From the NCBI GenBank assembly GCA_033763315.1, contig JANRKS010000031.1, positions 224,001 through 288,000 of the forward strand: a stretch of DNA of 64,000 bases, written 5' to 3'. How positions within the stretch are numbered: position 1 is the stretch's first letter; every line of letters begins with the position of its first letter. This stretch comes from Deltaproteobacteria bacterium. Its GTDB lineage: Bacteria; Myxococcota_A; Polyangia; Fen-1088. Both the position numbers and the translations under genes were made by a program. The notes under the pieces are model-generated. The model saw nothing but the letters and a program-made list of their open reading frames with translations, had not been told where the DNA came from and made no database searches. This document shows positions 39,813 to 48,642 of the stretch, piece by piece.

Positions 39813-40487
39813 ATGCACACGGACATCATGGGTGACGATTTTCTCGGCGACGACTTGGGCGACGATTTGGAGGGCGAAGAGCTCGGCGAAGACGAACTCG
39901 GCGACGACATCATGGGTGACGACATCATGGGCGATGAACTCGTCGGCGTAGACGACATCCTTGGTGACGACATCATGGGCGACTACTTGGTGGGTGCTCA
40001 AGCGGCGCGACGCCGAAGACTTCGCCAGGCACGGCCAGCCGTTTCAGCCGCCGCGGCGGCGAATGCGAAGAAGGCTCTCATGCGCAAGGCGATTTTGGCC
40101 AAGCGCTTGCGAAACGCGGCCATCGTCCACAAGCGTGGTCCAAGCAAAAGCCGTGTGCAGCCACTCGGCTTTAGCCGCGAGGCGATTGCGCCTGGTGATA
40201 CGACCGAAATTACGGCACGGCCACAGGTGCTGTTTCGTGGCCGCCGTTTGCTGGTGGGGTCGACGATCGCGGGCAGTTTCACCATTGAAGACATCAAGGT
40301 GGGCCGCAACAGCCAATTCGTAGGCACGGGCCCGCAACCGGCGGAAGCGTTCCGCGACACGGCAACTGGCGACAATATCTCGCTCGATACGTGCAAGCCT
40401 GGCGTCGACATCAGCATCACGGTCCGCAACATCACGGGTGCGGCGGCGGACTTTCGCGCGACACTGTTCGGCGACGTGGTCGAGTAG
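39813..40487 (+). CDS. Candidate single jelly-roll major capsid protein with acidic propeptide and basic arm
   Basis: GGGGAGG RBS; (I/L/M/V)GDD repeats, then an Arg/Lys arm, then about 110 aa of alternating beta strands (PQVLFRGRRLLV..FTIEDIKVG..PAEAF..LDTC..ISITVRN..FRATLFG). Confidence 0.55.
   Translation: MHTDIMGDDFLGDDLGDDLEGEELGEDELGDDIMGDDIMGDELVGVDDILGDDIMGDYLVGAQAARRRRLRQARPAVSAAAAANAKKALMRKAILAKRLRNAAIVHKRGPSKSRVQPLGFSREAIAPGDTTEITARPQVLFRGRRLLVGSTIAGSFTIEDIKVGRNSQFVGTGPQPAEAFRDTATGDNISLDTCKPGVDISITVRNITGAAADFRATLFGDVVE
39823..39994 (+). repeat. Imperfect ~15-bp coding tandem repeats (GACATCATGGG[T/C]GA)
   Basis: Four near-identical copies plus degenerate ones, encoding DIMGD/DLGD/ELGE. 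Confidence 0.85.
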
Positions 40488-40726
40488 GGCGAGCAGCCGA
40501 GAAGCGATTTCAAACGGGCGGCGGGTAGGGGAGGGAAGAACGCGCGCGCGTTCACAAGAAGAGCCGCGCAGTGGACGCGGCCATCAGCTGCGACGGCGGC
40601 TGCAAGGGGGGAGAGGGCGGCGGCGTGGAGTGTCGAGGCAGTGGCGGCGGGAGAAGCGGGGCCCGAGGCGTCGATAGCCGAAGCATGGCGAAGGCGCCTC
40701 GGGCCAGGCGGGAAGAAGGTGCACCG

Positions 40727-41212
40727 ATGATGCAACCAGTGGTCTTCAAGGTTCAGTTGTTTAAAGACGCAGACGATCGGCCTCGCTCGCAGGAAGCGCT
40801 GCTGTGGATGCTCGAAGCGCTTTGTAAGATCAACGACGGCCATCTCGCCGAGCGGCCTTACCCACCGCTTTACGAATCGGGTGTGCGGTACCAACGGGAA
40901 CTCGGCACCGAAGAGTGGCTCGACATTCCGTCAATCATTCAAGCGGGGTGGGGCGACTGCGAAGATTTGGCGTGTTGGCGTGTCGCGGAACTCCGCCGGC
41001 AGGGGCAGCACGCGGGACCTTATGTGCGGTACCGAAGCCTCGACGGCGTTTTTCATTACCACGCGCTCGTCATGCGCTATCGGCGTGTGCTTCGACCCGG
41101 TCCTAGGGGTCGCTTGGTGGAAAGCTTCGTGCCCGACCATATCGAAGATCCGTCGAAGAAATTGGGCATGGGCTCGGCCGCCGATGCCATCCAAAGGGAG
41201 CTCGAATCGTGA
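40727..41212 (+). CDS. Transglutaminase-like cysteine protease (candidate maturation protease)
   Basis: GDCEDLACW (Cys), YHALV (His), IEDPS (Asp) triad. Confidence 0.7.
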   Translation: MMQPVVFKVQLFKDADDRPRSQEALLWMLEALCKINDGHLAERPYPPLYESGVRYQRELGTEEWLDIPSIIQAGWGDCEDLACWRVAELRRQGQHAGPYVRYRSLDGVFHYHALVMRYRRVLRPGPRGRLVESFVPDHIEDPSKKLGMGSAADAIQRELES

Positions 41213-41925
41213 TTCTCTTTGCCGGCATCGCCCTTGCCATCGTGCTCTTGGCCCTTTTTCGCAAAGGCGCGAGCAACGAGGAGATTGTCTCGAGGCTTAG
41301 CAAGCAAACAGATCCGCGCGTCGTCGCCATTGCGGCGAAGCTCTTGTCGGAGCGGGGCATGAGACTCACGGCCGAGGTGCTCGAAGCGCGCGCAAAGCGA
41401 CTGGCTGCGGGCAACAATGCGGTAAGCGGTGATGAAGGTGCATCGACACTGCGCTCGCCGTTTTTGGCGGCGTCAGATGGAGCGTGGACCAATTTTGTGC
41501 GGCTACTGGTGCAAAGCGATCCGCACGCAAGGTCTTCGCGAGGAAGGCTCGGTCGTTTCGATATTCATCTACGCCGGCTCGAAGAAATCGGGTGGGTGAC
41601 TGGGGTTCGCTTCAACGAAGAAGGGGTGGCACAGGCCAAGTGGGTGCCACCCATGAGCGAAGAGCGCTTCCTAGCCGATGCATGGGCGCAATACCGGGCG
41701 CTCGTAGCGACGCTCAAGCTTTGTCGCCGTCAACTCGTGGGTTGTGGCGTCGACGCGGCCACGGGAGCGCCGGTCAAGGATTCAGGGCCCACATTGTCGG
41801 GTGTCTTGGCGGTGGCCCATCGATTGGGGGCGGAGGGCGCAGTCAAGTGGCTGCGCTCGCCGCTCGAGCGGGCTCGGCAGCCGGTGGCAACGGCGCTGTT
41901 TAGGAGCGCGAACGGACTTTTCTAG
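41209..41925 (+). CDS. N-terminally anchored lysozyme-like protein, possibly inactive
   Basis: N-terminal TM; LGRFDI..L..IG, FL..Q, TLSGVLAVAHRLGAEG; catalytic Glu position appears as Gln (LVQS). Confidence 0.5.
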   Translation: MILFAGIALAIVLLALFRKGASNEEIVSRLSKQTDPRVVAIAAKLLSERGMRLTAEVLEARAKRLAAGNNAVSGDEGASTLRSPFLAASDGAWTNFVRLLVQSDPHARSSRGRLGRFDIHLRRLEEIGWVTGVRFNEEGVAQAKWVPPMSEERFLADAWAQYRALVATLKLCRRQLVGCGVDAATGAPVKDSGPTLSGVLAVAHRLGAEGAVKWLRSPLERARQPVATALFRSANGLF

Positions 41926-41936
41926 GAGGACGCACG

Positions 41937-43268
41937 ATGCACATCCAAGGCGACATAAAGATTTGGTCTGACGGACACAAAGTGTGCGCTCGACTCGAGG
42001 CCGATGGCCCCGAGGGTCCCATCGTCATTCAAGCCTCTGCACCGATAGGTCCCGTGAGACGCAAAATGGCCCGCGTGTTCGCTCGCCAAGGCGTCACTGT
42101 GTCGGGCGCGGACCCCGCGTTTGCCGCCAAGGTGCAACAAGTGGCGAGGCGCAAAGCGCTCAAGCGTCTACAGCGCATGGCCCCGGGAGCGTTTCGCAAA
42201 GGCGGGCTCGGTCCCTACCTTGCGCAACAAGAGCTGCTCAAGCGCAAGAAGCGTCGACGCGCGTTGGCTGGGGCCGGGCGACCGGTGGGGGCAAAGCCCG
42301 TGGGACCACTGCCAGCCAAGAAGACTCGACCCGCCCCGCAAAACTGGCGCGCACGAATGCGCGCGACGGCACGTGGGCCGGCCGGAGGGCCGCGCGCTCT
42401 TTTGCCTGCGACACCGAAGAAGGTGGCTGCGCTCATGGCGCCTTCGTCGCTGCTCGTGCGCCCGTCAATACCGCGGCCCATACCGTCGCGCAGCCCTGGA
42501 GGTGGACGTGGTGGCGGTAGTGCCCACGGCTCATCGTCGGATAGGCCTGGGGCCGCTGCGCGTGAAGAGGACGGACTCGATGCGGCAAGCGAAGCCAGGG
42601 ACGAACAAAGTCAAGCGCCGACCGGGCAAGATGAGGAATACGCCGAAGGTGAAGCCGATGCTGGACAAGACGCTGGGGACGGCGGCGAAGGTGACGAAGC
42701 CGACGCCGAAGATGAAGAAAGCGAAGGCTCCGATGAAGGTGCGGAGCAAGAAGGCGAAAGCGACGGCGTAAGCGGTTACGGTTTTCGCGGCAGGCGTCAA
42801 CGCTTCGATGAGCGACGCCAATTGCAGGCCCGGCGCAACATCGCGATCAAACGACTACGCGCAGCCATGAGGCTCTTGTTGGCGGCGTACCACGATCCAG
42901 ATGCACGCCAGCGCATCGTCGATATCGCAGCCATGGCTGGCGAAGGACATCCCGGCGCGAAGAAGAGCTTCAAGGCTTTGGCGGTGGCTCACAAGCTGCA
43001 CAAGAAGGCACAGGTCCGATCGGCCACTAAGGCGCTCGCGCCGCGACGACCCGTTTACGGCAAAGCTTTAGCTACAAGCAAGGCCAAGCCGCAAAACAAG
43101 GCTCTCATAGCCACGATAACGAAGGCGACTGCGTCGCGAGCATCATCCACGACGAACGCAAAACCAAAAGCGCTCACGGCACCATCGCCACCCTTTACAC
43201 CGGGTACGCCCGCGGACGCCGTGAGGTGGTGGGACATCCTGGCGGCTTGGCGACGCGGCATGGGTTGA
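41937..43268 (+). CDS. Low-complexity basic/acidic block protein (putative virion core protein)
   Basis: AGGAGG RBS; Arg/Lys-rich block, ~70-aa Asp/Glu block, second basic block, C-terminal WWDILAAW. Confidence 0.65.
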   Translation: MHIQGDIKIWSDGHKVCARLEADGPEGPIVIQASAPIGPVRRKMARVFARQGVTVSGADPAFAAKVQQVARRKALKRLQRMAPGAFRKGGLGPYLAQQELLKRKKRRRALAGAGRPVGAKPVGPLPAKKTRPAPQNWRARMRATARGPAGGPRALLPATPKKVAALMAPSSLLVRPSIPRPIPSRSPGGGRGGGSAHGSSSDRPGAAAREEDGLDAASEARDEQSQAPTGQDEEYAEGEADAGQDAGDGGEGDEADAEDEESEGSDEGAEQEGESDGVSGYGFRGRRQRFDERRQLQARRNIAIKRLRAAMRLLLAAYHDPDARQRIVDIAAMAGEGHPGAKKSFKALAVAHKLHKKAQVRSATKALAPRRPVYGKALATSKAKPQNKALIATITKATASRASSTTNAKPKALTAPSPPFTPGTPADAVRWWDILAAWRRGMG

Positions 43269-43337
43269 GGACGCGACAAGAGGCGATTCGGCGCAACGTT
43301 AAGACCACAAAAAGGCAACGGCATTACGGGGAGGCAG

Positions 43338-43628
43338 ATGATGGCAAAGCTCGACGAAGTGGAACAAACGGCGATCGATTTCATCAGGGGTGCAGGCCGC
43401 TATGGCGTGTATCTGACGCACTTGGGGCTCGAGGTCGCCGGTGTGGCCGATTGGCTCGAGAACCAAGTTCCACGACTGCGACGCGCATTTGGCCTCATCG
43501 CCACGGTGGCCACGACGGAATGCGTTCGGGCAGCCGAAGAGTTTCGTGACGTCCATGGCGGGCCGAGTCGCCCACCGAGGGACGAAGAACACCGCCGCAA
43601 TCACAACGCGTCCGCCCGGGAAATGTAG
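43338..43628 (+). CDS. Hypothetical protein
   Basis: GGGGAGG RBS; operon position. Confidence 0.5.
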   Translation: MMAKLDEVEQTAIDFIRGAGRYGVYLTHLGLEVAGVADWLENQVPRLRRAFGLIATVATTECVRAAEEFRDVHGGPSRPPRDEEHRRNHNASAREM

Positions 43629-43650
43629 CGACGTTGCCGAGGAGACGACC

Positions 43651-44376
43651 ATGGCAGTGAACGGCACCACGAACTCGCCTTACGAGCCTATCTTCGCCAA
43701 GTATGCGGGCGCGATTCCGCAGGCGTATTTGCGAACGCTCGCCTACAAGGAAAGCAGCTTCAAAGCTGACGTGGTTCATCCGCAAAGCAATGCCACAGGG
43801 CTCTTTCAGATCACTAGCATCTGTCTGCAGGGTTTCAACAAGGCCAAGGGTACGGCGTTGAAGCTCGCGCAGCTAAAGGATCCGAATCTCAACACGATTG
43901 TGGCTGTCTATCATCTCGGCCATGTCATAGGCGTGTACGCCCAAGTCCGATCGCTAAAGCCCGATTGGACGAGCCGCCGTTGGCTCGAACTCCTTACGCT
44001 CGGTTGGAATGCGGGCCACAACGCCATCATCGGCCTTGCAAAACAAATGGAAGCGTCAGGCCTACCGCCCGAGCGCATCACCGTCGATTCCGCAAGCCAG
44101 CTCGCGCGAGCGACAGGCAAGGGCAAATACGTCGCCGAACCAGATCGCGTGGCTTGGTCGAAAAGCGTGGCAACCATGTTTTTGGGCGGTGGAATCATCC
44201 CCACGGGCAAGTCGCGACTGCGGCAACTGGCGTCGATGTTGCCGGCTCTGCCGGCGGCCAAAGGCGGCGGCATTGCGGTCGCTTTCGCGCTCGCAGCCGC
44301 TGGTGCCGCACTGATTTTGAAGAAGAAGGAGGCAAGCGATGACTTCACGGGAAGAGCAGCTTATGCCCGCACCTGA
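43651..44376 (+). CDS. Lytic transglycosylase (SLT) with C-terminal membrane anchor
   Basis: LAYKESSF (catalytic Glu), ATGLFQI, DPNLN, WNAG; C-terminal GIAVAFALAAAGAALILKKK. Confidence 0.85.
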   Translation: MAVNGTTNSPYEPIFAKYAGAIPQAYLRTLAYKESSFKADVVHPQSNATGLFQITSICLQGFNKAKGTALKLAQLKDPNLNTIVAVYHLGHVIGVYAQVRSLKPDWTSRRWLELLTLGWNAGHNAIIGLAKQMEASGLPPERITVDSASQLARATGKGKYVAEPDRVAWSKSVATMFLGGGIIPTGKSRLRQLASMLPALPAAKGGGIAVAFALAAAGAALILKKKEASDDFTGRAAYART

Positions 44377-45412
44377 TGTAACGGCGGCGCCCGAAACCGT
44401 TGCCGGCGCCGACGGCGCGGCGCCCGCCAAGGCGCTGCTAAGGCGCATCGATGCCAGCATCGATGCATTTGGCCAGGCGGTTCGCAGAAGCACCGTAGAA
44501 AAAAGGCTTCGCAAAGATTGGCAGGACTTTGCTCGGCAATGGCGAGCGTTCTTGCTCGAGGAGAAAAGCCATCCGTCGACGACCGGAATGCGTGAAGCCT
44601 CTCGCTTTGCCTCAGAACTTGTCGACTGGAAGAAGCGCTTTACAGCGGCCCTTCGACATCCGGAGCGCGACGGAATGGAAGGAGCGCCTGTCTCGCCATC
44701 GCCATCGCCATCGAAATCTATATCCTCCGAGACCCCCACGGTCACGCCCGGCTCGATTCGCTACGAGTGGCAGGCGAGTAAAAAAGAAGTTGACGACGTC
44801 GACCGCGACATCATGCCTAGCGACGTGAGTGACACGTTCAAGCAGGCGTGGCGACGCTACGCGGGCCATTGGCAGCAAGCCTTCGAGCGCTGCACCGCCA
44901 ATCAACGCCTCTCGCCAGCTGCGAGTTGGCGGCTGGCTCGCGCCTACCGCCATCGCACTCGAGCGTGGGCGCAAGCGTTCGGGCGTGAGTGCTCGGGAAA
45001 TCATGCGAGCTCCGAGCTAGGCGCACTCATCGTCACCCCGGGCGCGATGCTCGACGAACTCAACACCGTCAACAATGGCGTCAAGCAACTGGACGCCGAC
45101 ATCAGCGCGAGCAAGGTGCGGGAGGCTTTCAAAAAAGCGTGGGCCGACTTCACGGTCGAGTGGAAGAAGTTCTACGACAGCAAGCAAGGCTTCTTTAGCC
45201 GCACGTGGGGCTCAACGATGGAGAAGACCATCGAATACCGCAAGCGCGTGGATGAGTGGCGCGCGGCTTTCAACCGCGAAGGCGGCCTCACGACCGGGCC
45301 CACGCTCAATGTCCCCGAGCCGAAGGGTGCAACAGGAGGCTCTTGGAGGTGGTGGGCCGTAGGCGGCTTGCTGGCAGGGGGCGCCTATATCGGTGTCAAG
45401 GTGCTGCGATGA
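44339..45412 (+). CDS. Three-repeat helical protein with C-terminal TM anchor
   Basis: Three Trp-rich repeats (W..F...W..F ... W...F); WWAVGGLLAGGAYIGVKVLR tail. Confidence 0.7.
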   Translation: MTSREEQLMPAPDVTAAPETVAGADGAAPAKALLRRIDASIDAFGQAVRRSTVEKRLRKDWQDFARQWRAFLLEEKSHPSTTGMREASRFASELVDWKKRFTAALRHPERDGMEGAPVSPSPSPSKSISSETPTVTPGSIRYEWQASKKEVDDVDRDIMPSDVSDTFKQAWRRYAGHWQQAFERCTANQRLSPAASWRLARAYRHRTRAWAQAFGRECSGNHASSELGALIVTPGAMLDELNTVNNGVKQLDADISASKVREAFKKAWADFTVEWKKFYDSKQGFFSRTWGSTMEKTIEYRKRVDEWRAAFNREGGLTTGPTLNVPEPKGATGGSWRWWAVGGLLAGGAYIGVKVLR

Positions 45413-45454
45413 GGGCGGGGCTTATGGCGCTGACGACAGCGCGGGAGGGTGGCA

Positions 45455-45667
45455 ATGGACAAGGTGGACAAGCTTGCCTACGAGATAGAGGCGATGGTCG
45501 ATCGCAACAGCATGGCGCGCGTGCTCGATTTACTCGCCATCATGTGCGCCATGAAGGCCGACCACATTCATTCGAATTGGGGCGATCGGAATCTCGCGAA
45601 AGCCTGGACGCAACTTGCGGAAAAAGTCGCGAAGGCGTGTGCATTCGCGGAACAACAGCAGCTCTAA
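45455..45667 (+). CDS. Small hypothetical protein
   Basis: GGGAGG RBS; helical. Confidence 0.5.
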   Translation: MDKVDKLAYEIEAMVDRNSMARVLDLLAIMCAMKADHIHSNWGDRNLAKAWTQLAEKVAKACAFAEQQQL

Positions 45668-45704
45668 GCTACCGGCAACCAGACGCACGGGCAAGGAGCA
45701 AGCG

Positions 45705-46442
45705 ATGAAAGTCGGCAAGGATGGCTGGTTGCAAGCCGAGCCGGGCGGCGCCAAAGTCGTAAAGCTTCCCACGGTACGCCTAGTGAAGCTTTCAGTGCCC
45801 GCACCCATCGCGCTCGTATGGCATGCAACGGGTGGCGTGGGTGGTCCGCGGTTCGCTGAAGGATTGGCCCGTCGAATTCAAACCTACAAGCGCGGTATAG
45901 ACCGTCCTGCGTCCTGGCACATCGTCATCGCCGCGGATACGGGTGACGTCTTCCAAAGCGCGCCTTTGAGCATAGGCACGTGGCACGTAGGACGCCCCGG
46001 CACCATCGATGGGGTTCATCACCCGTACATCAATCGCGTCACCCTCGGCGTCGAGCTCGAAAACGCCGGCAGCCTCATCAAAGTCGGCGATGCGTTTTAC
46101 GCTTATCCATATTGGCTCAATCGCGAAAAGCGGCTTCCGCATCCCGGGTGTCGTCTGCCCAAAGAGCGCGTCCGTTACCACGAAGGTCGTGCTTACGATC
46201 GGTTCAGCGATGCGCAAGCCGACACTGCACGCGAGCTCGTCGCTGCGCTTTCAGAGCATTTTGGCTGGCAGCCCAACGCTTTTGGTTACGCGCACGCCGA
46301 CTTCGGGGCGCCAGAGAAGACCGACCCGGGACCCTTATGGATGAAGGCTCGCTTGCCTTCGGTCCTTTGCAACGTCTTTACGGGTGACGGGCCCACGGTC
46401 GTCACGGGACCACCGGTGTTTGACGAAAGGCCCTCTTCATGA
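45705..46442 (+). CDS. N-acetylmuramoyl-L-alanine amidase (Amidase_2) endolysin
   Basis: VWHAT, ASWHIVI, WHVG, N..TLGVELEN, HADF..KTDPG zinc-amidase motifs. Confidence 0.88.
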   Translation: MKVGKDGWLQAEPGGAKVVKLPTVRLVKLSVPAPIALVWHATGGVGGPRFAEGLARRIQTYKRGIDRPASWHIVIAADTGDVFQSAPLSIGTWHVGRPGTIDGVHHPYINRVTLGVELENAGSLIKVGDAFYAYPYWLNREKRLPHPGCRLPKERVRYHEGRAYDRFSDAQADTARELVAALSEHFGWQPNAFGYAHADFGAPEKTDPGPLWMKARLPSVLCNVFTGDGPTVVTGPPVFDERPSS

Positions 46443-46921
46443 GCCCAGATGACATGAGCACGTGCGCGACACAGACTTTGCTGCCGACACTCGCCGCAGC
46501 GGTAACTTGGGCCGCTACACACGCAGGGAGGTCCCTCCGACACAAGCGTCACGCGGCCGAGGTCGCCAACGCGATTGTGCGGCTCGACCATGTCGTGAAC
46601 GCAGTCGTGCGCGAACTCGAGCAGCGCGCGGCGGGGGTGTTGCGGCAAGTGACGAAAGACGCGCGTCTTAGCGACATGGTCAAGGACATGCTTCGTAAGG
46701 CTGCTCTTTTAAAAACCAAGCAACTGCTCGGCGAGAGGCAACTCGCTCAACTGGCGAAGGTCGTCGGTTCCAAAACCGCCGGCATCGACGAGTTTATCAT
46801 CACGCGCATCGAAGCCGCCGTGCATGGCTTGGCTCAGGCCAGACGCCTGCAACAGGCGCGCAGCCGAGCCGCTGCGGCTTCACAGACCGCGTTCCCGAAA
46901 CTTGCAACGAAAGGGAGATGA
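46439..46921 (+). CDS. Holin-like protein (LL-H type), paralog 1
   Basis: LAAAVTW..RLD.VV..VVRE..IEAAVH shared with 49556..50026. Confidence 0.6.
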   Translation: MSPDDMSTCATQTLLPTLAAAVTWAATHAGRSLRHKRHAAEVANAIVRLDHVVNAVVRELEQRAAGVLRQVTKDARLSDMVKDMLRKAALLKTKQLLGERQLAQLAKVVGSKTAGIDEFIITRIEAAVHGLAQARRLQQARSRAAAASQTAFPKLATKGR

Positions 46922-46922
46922 C

Positions 46923-47993
46923 ATGCCAAATACCTTCATTACACTCGATGTGCCTAACGTCGCCAATGGCGCGGGCGTGCCGACGCTCGTCGGAGGCACG
47001 GGGCATCCCAAAAGCTTTGTGCTCACCGGTGCTCTTACGGGCCGCTATATCGTCGAAGGCAGCAACGACGGGGGGACGACCTGGGACATCCTCAAAGATG
47101 ATAACGATGGAACCGAAGCGCTGTTTACTTCGCAGAATGCCGGCACCAAAAGCGTCGACTGTATCGTCGAACGTGTGCGCGTCCGTGTGGCGCGGGCATT
47201 GCCGACGTCCACGCCACCTTCGGTAACGATGGGCGCCCCGCCTGCGCTGGGCTTCAACTTCTTTGGCAGGTTGGATGTCCCCGACGCCGCCGGCACGGGC
47301 GCAGTGCTCGATTTGGGCCTCAATGTCGGCCCGCTCAAGACGTTCGTATTGCGCGGCATGGTACCTGAGCGAGCGCGCTTTACGATTCAGGCGTCGATGG
47401 ATGGGGCGCGTTTCGATGAAGCGATGCTGTTTACTTCAGATCAGCAAGGCGCACGTTCCGTGCACGTCATGTGCCGTTATCTTCGCGTGCAACGCACGGG
47501 TGGCTCAGGCCCGGCTCCCGCCATCAGCGTGGGCTGCGAGCCCGTCTTCGAGCCTGCTGGCAGTGAAAGCGGCGGCATTGCGCCATCAGGCCCATACGTC
47601 TCGTTTGGCGACGAGTCCGTCAAATCCACGACAGGCATCTATGACGAAGAAGTCATCGAAGAGTTTTTGGCACCTCCTACGAGTGTAACGGGTGCAGCCG
47701 AAAAAGTGGTGGCGTGGTTTTCGGGGTTGGGGCGCAAAGGCAGCCCCGAGGGTGGAGCCGTGACGTTTCGGTTGCGCATGGGAGGAACGCCTGGTGTGGC
47801 CGACGGCGAAGTCTTGGCGACGGCGCAAGTCTCAACGTTAGAGCGATCGCCCTGCGTGGCGAGAAGCGAACCCTTCGTTCGCTCGGCACCCACGCTCATC
47901 AAGGTGACCGGTCGGGGAAATGGCGAAGCGGCAGCGGTGCTTGGCGGTCTCGTCGTCTCCATCGAGCCCGCACCTGGGCCGAGCGGGACGTGA
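46923..47993 (+). CDS. Beta-rich spike/vertex-like protein
   Basis: Two repeated N-domains (LDVP..G.G..K.FVL.G..I..S.DG) plus a C-domain shared with the next gene. Confidence 0.55.
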   Translation: MPNTFITLDVPNVANGAGVPTLVGGTGHPKSFVLTGALTGRYIVEGSNDGGTTWDILKDDNDGTEALFTSQNAGTKSVDCIVERVRVRVARALPTSTPPSVTMGAPPALGFNFFGRLDVPDAAGTGAVLDLGLNVGPLKTFVLRGMVPERARFTIQASMDGARFDEAMLFTSDQQGARSVHVMCRYLRVQRTGGSGPAPAISVGCEPVFEPAGSESGGIAPSGPYVSFGDESVKSTTGIYDEEVIEEFLAPPTSVTGAAEKVVAWFSGLGRKGSPEGGAVTFRLRMGGTPGVADGEVLATAQVSTLERSPCVARSEPFVRSAPTLIKVTGRGNGEAAAVLGGLVVSIEPAPGPSGT

Positions 47994-48049
47994 CGTGACG
48001 AGATGAATTTCTTGTGACTGGGCTGGAAAACAAAAGGGGAGGAGCGGAC

Positions 48050-48640
48050 ATGGCAAAAGACATCGCACAACGGGAACTCGATCAAGCAGGCTTTCGCATC
48101 GGCAACCTCGGCAATCCAATCGCCGCAGGAGACGCCACCAAGACCGACAACCAATCTGTGCCGAAGGCAAACGCTGGCAACGGCTCCGCGGGCACGAGCT
48201 TCTTGGCAGCAGCGGCAGATCACGTGCATCCAGCGGGAGGCGACGCGGGAGGCGCAGATGGCTGCGGCTTCATCGACGTGTCGGACCCGAGTTGCCAAGC
48301 GGTCAAAGGGAAGACCGAGGAGATTGTGGCTGAGTTCAACGTGGATTTTGGCGGCCTCAAGTCGCCGCAGATGTTGGTGAGCTTTTGCGCCATCGCGAAA
48401 GCCGCTGGCGGCACCGCGACTTTGAAAGTGAGACTCGGAGGCACTGTGGGCCTGCCGGACGGCAACGTCATCGCCACGGCAACGACCAACGGCGGCACGT
48501 TTTCGCCCGTACAGGGCCAACAGCCCGCGGACAACCCAGGGCAGCCGTCGCTCGTGAAGATCACCGCGGTCACGGATTCAGACGGTGGTGAAGCGTTCCT
48601 ATATGGCAAGACAGTAGAGTTTAGAAAGGCGGCCGCGTAG
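48050..48640 (+). CDS. Fibre/spike-like protein
   Basis: IGNLGNP..GDA and GTSFLAAAADHVHP fibre motifs; C-domain RLGGT.G..DG.V.AT. Confidence 0.6.
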   Translation: MAKDIAQRELDQAGFRIGNLGNPIAAGDATKTDNQSVPKANAGNGSAGTSFLAAAADHVHPAGGDAGGADGCGFIDVSDPSCQAVKGKTEEIVAEFNVDFGGLKSPQMLVSFCAIAKAAGGTATLKVRLGGTVGLPDGNVIATATTNGGTFSPVQGQQPADNPGQPSLVKITAVTDSDGGEAFLYGKTVEFRKAAA

Positions 48641-48642
48641 TC

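Noticed and set aside
39062-39976. 304-aa Ser/Pro/Met-repeat ORF on the minus strand
   Set aside because: Antisense shadow of the GDD-repeat gene, which has a strong RBS.
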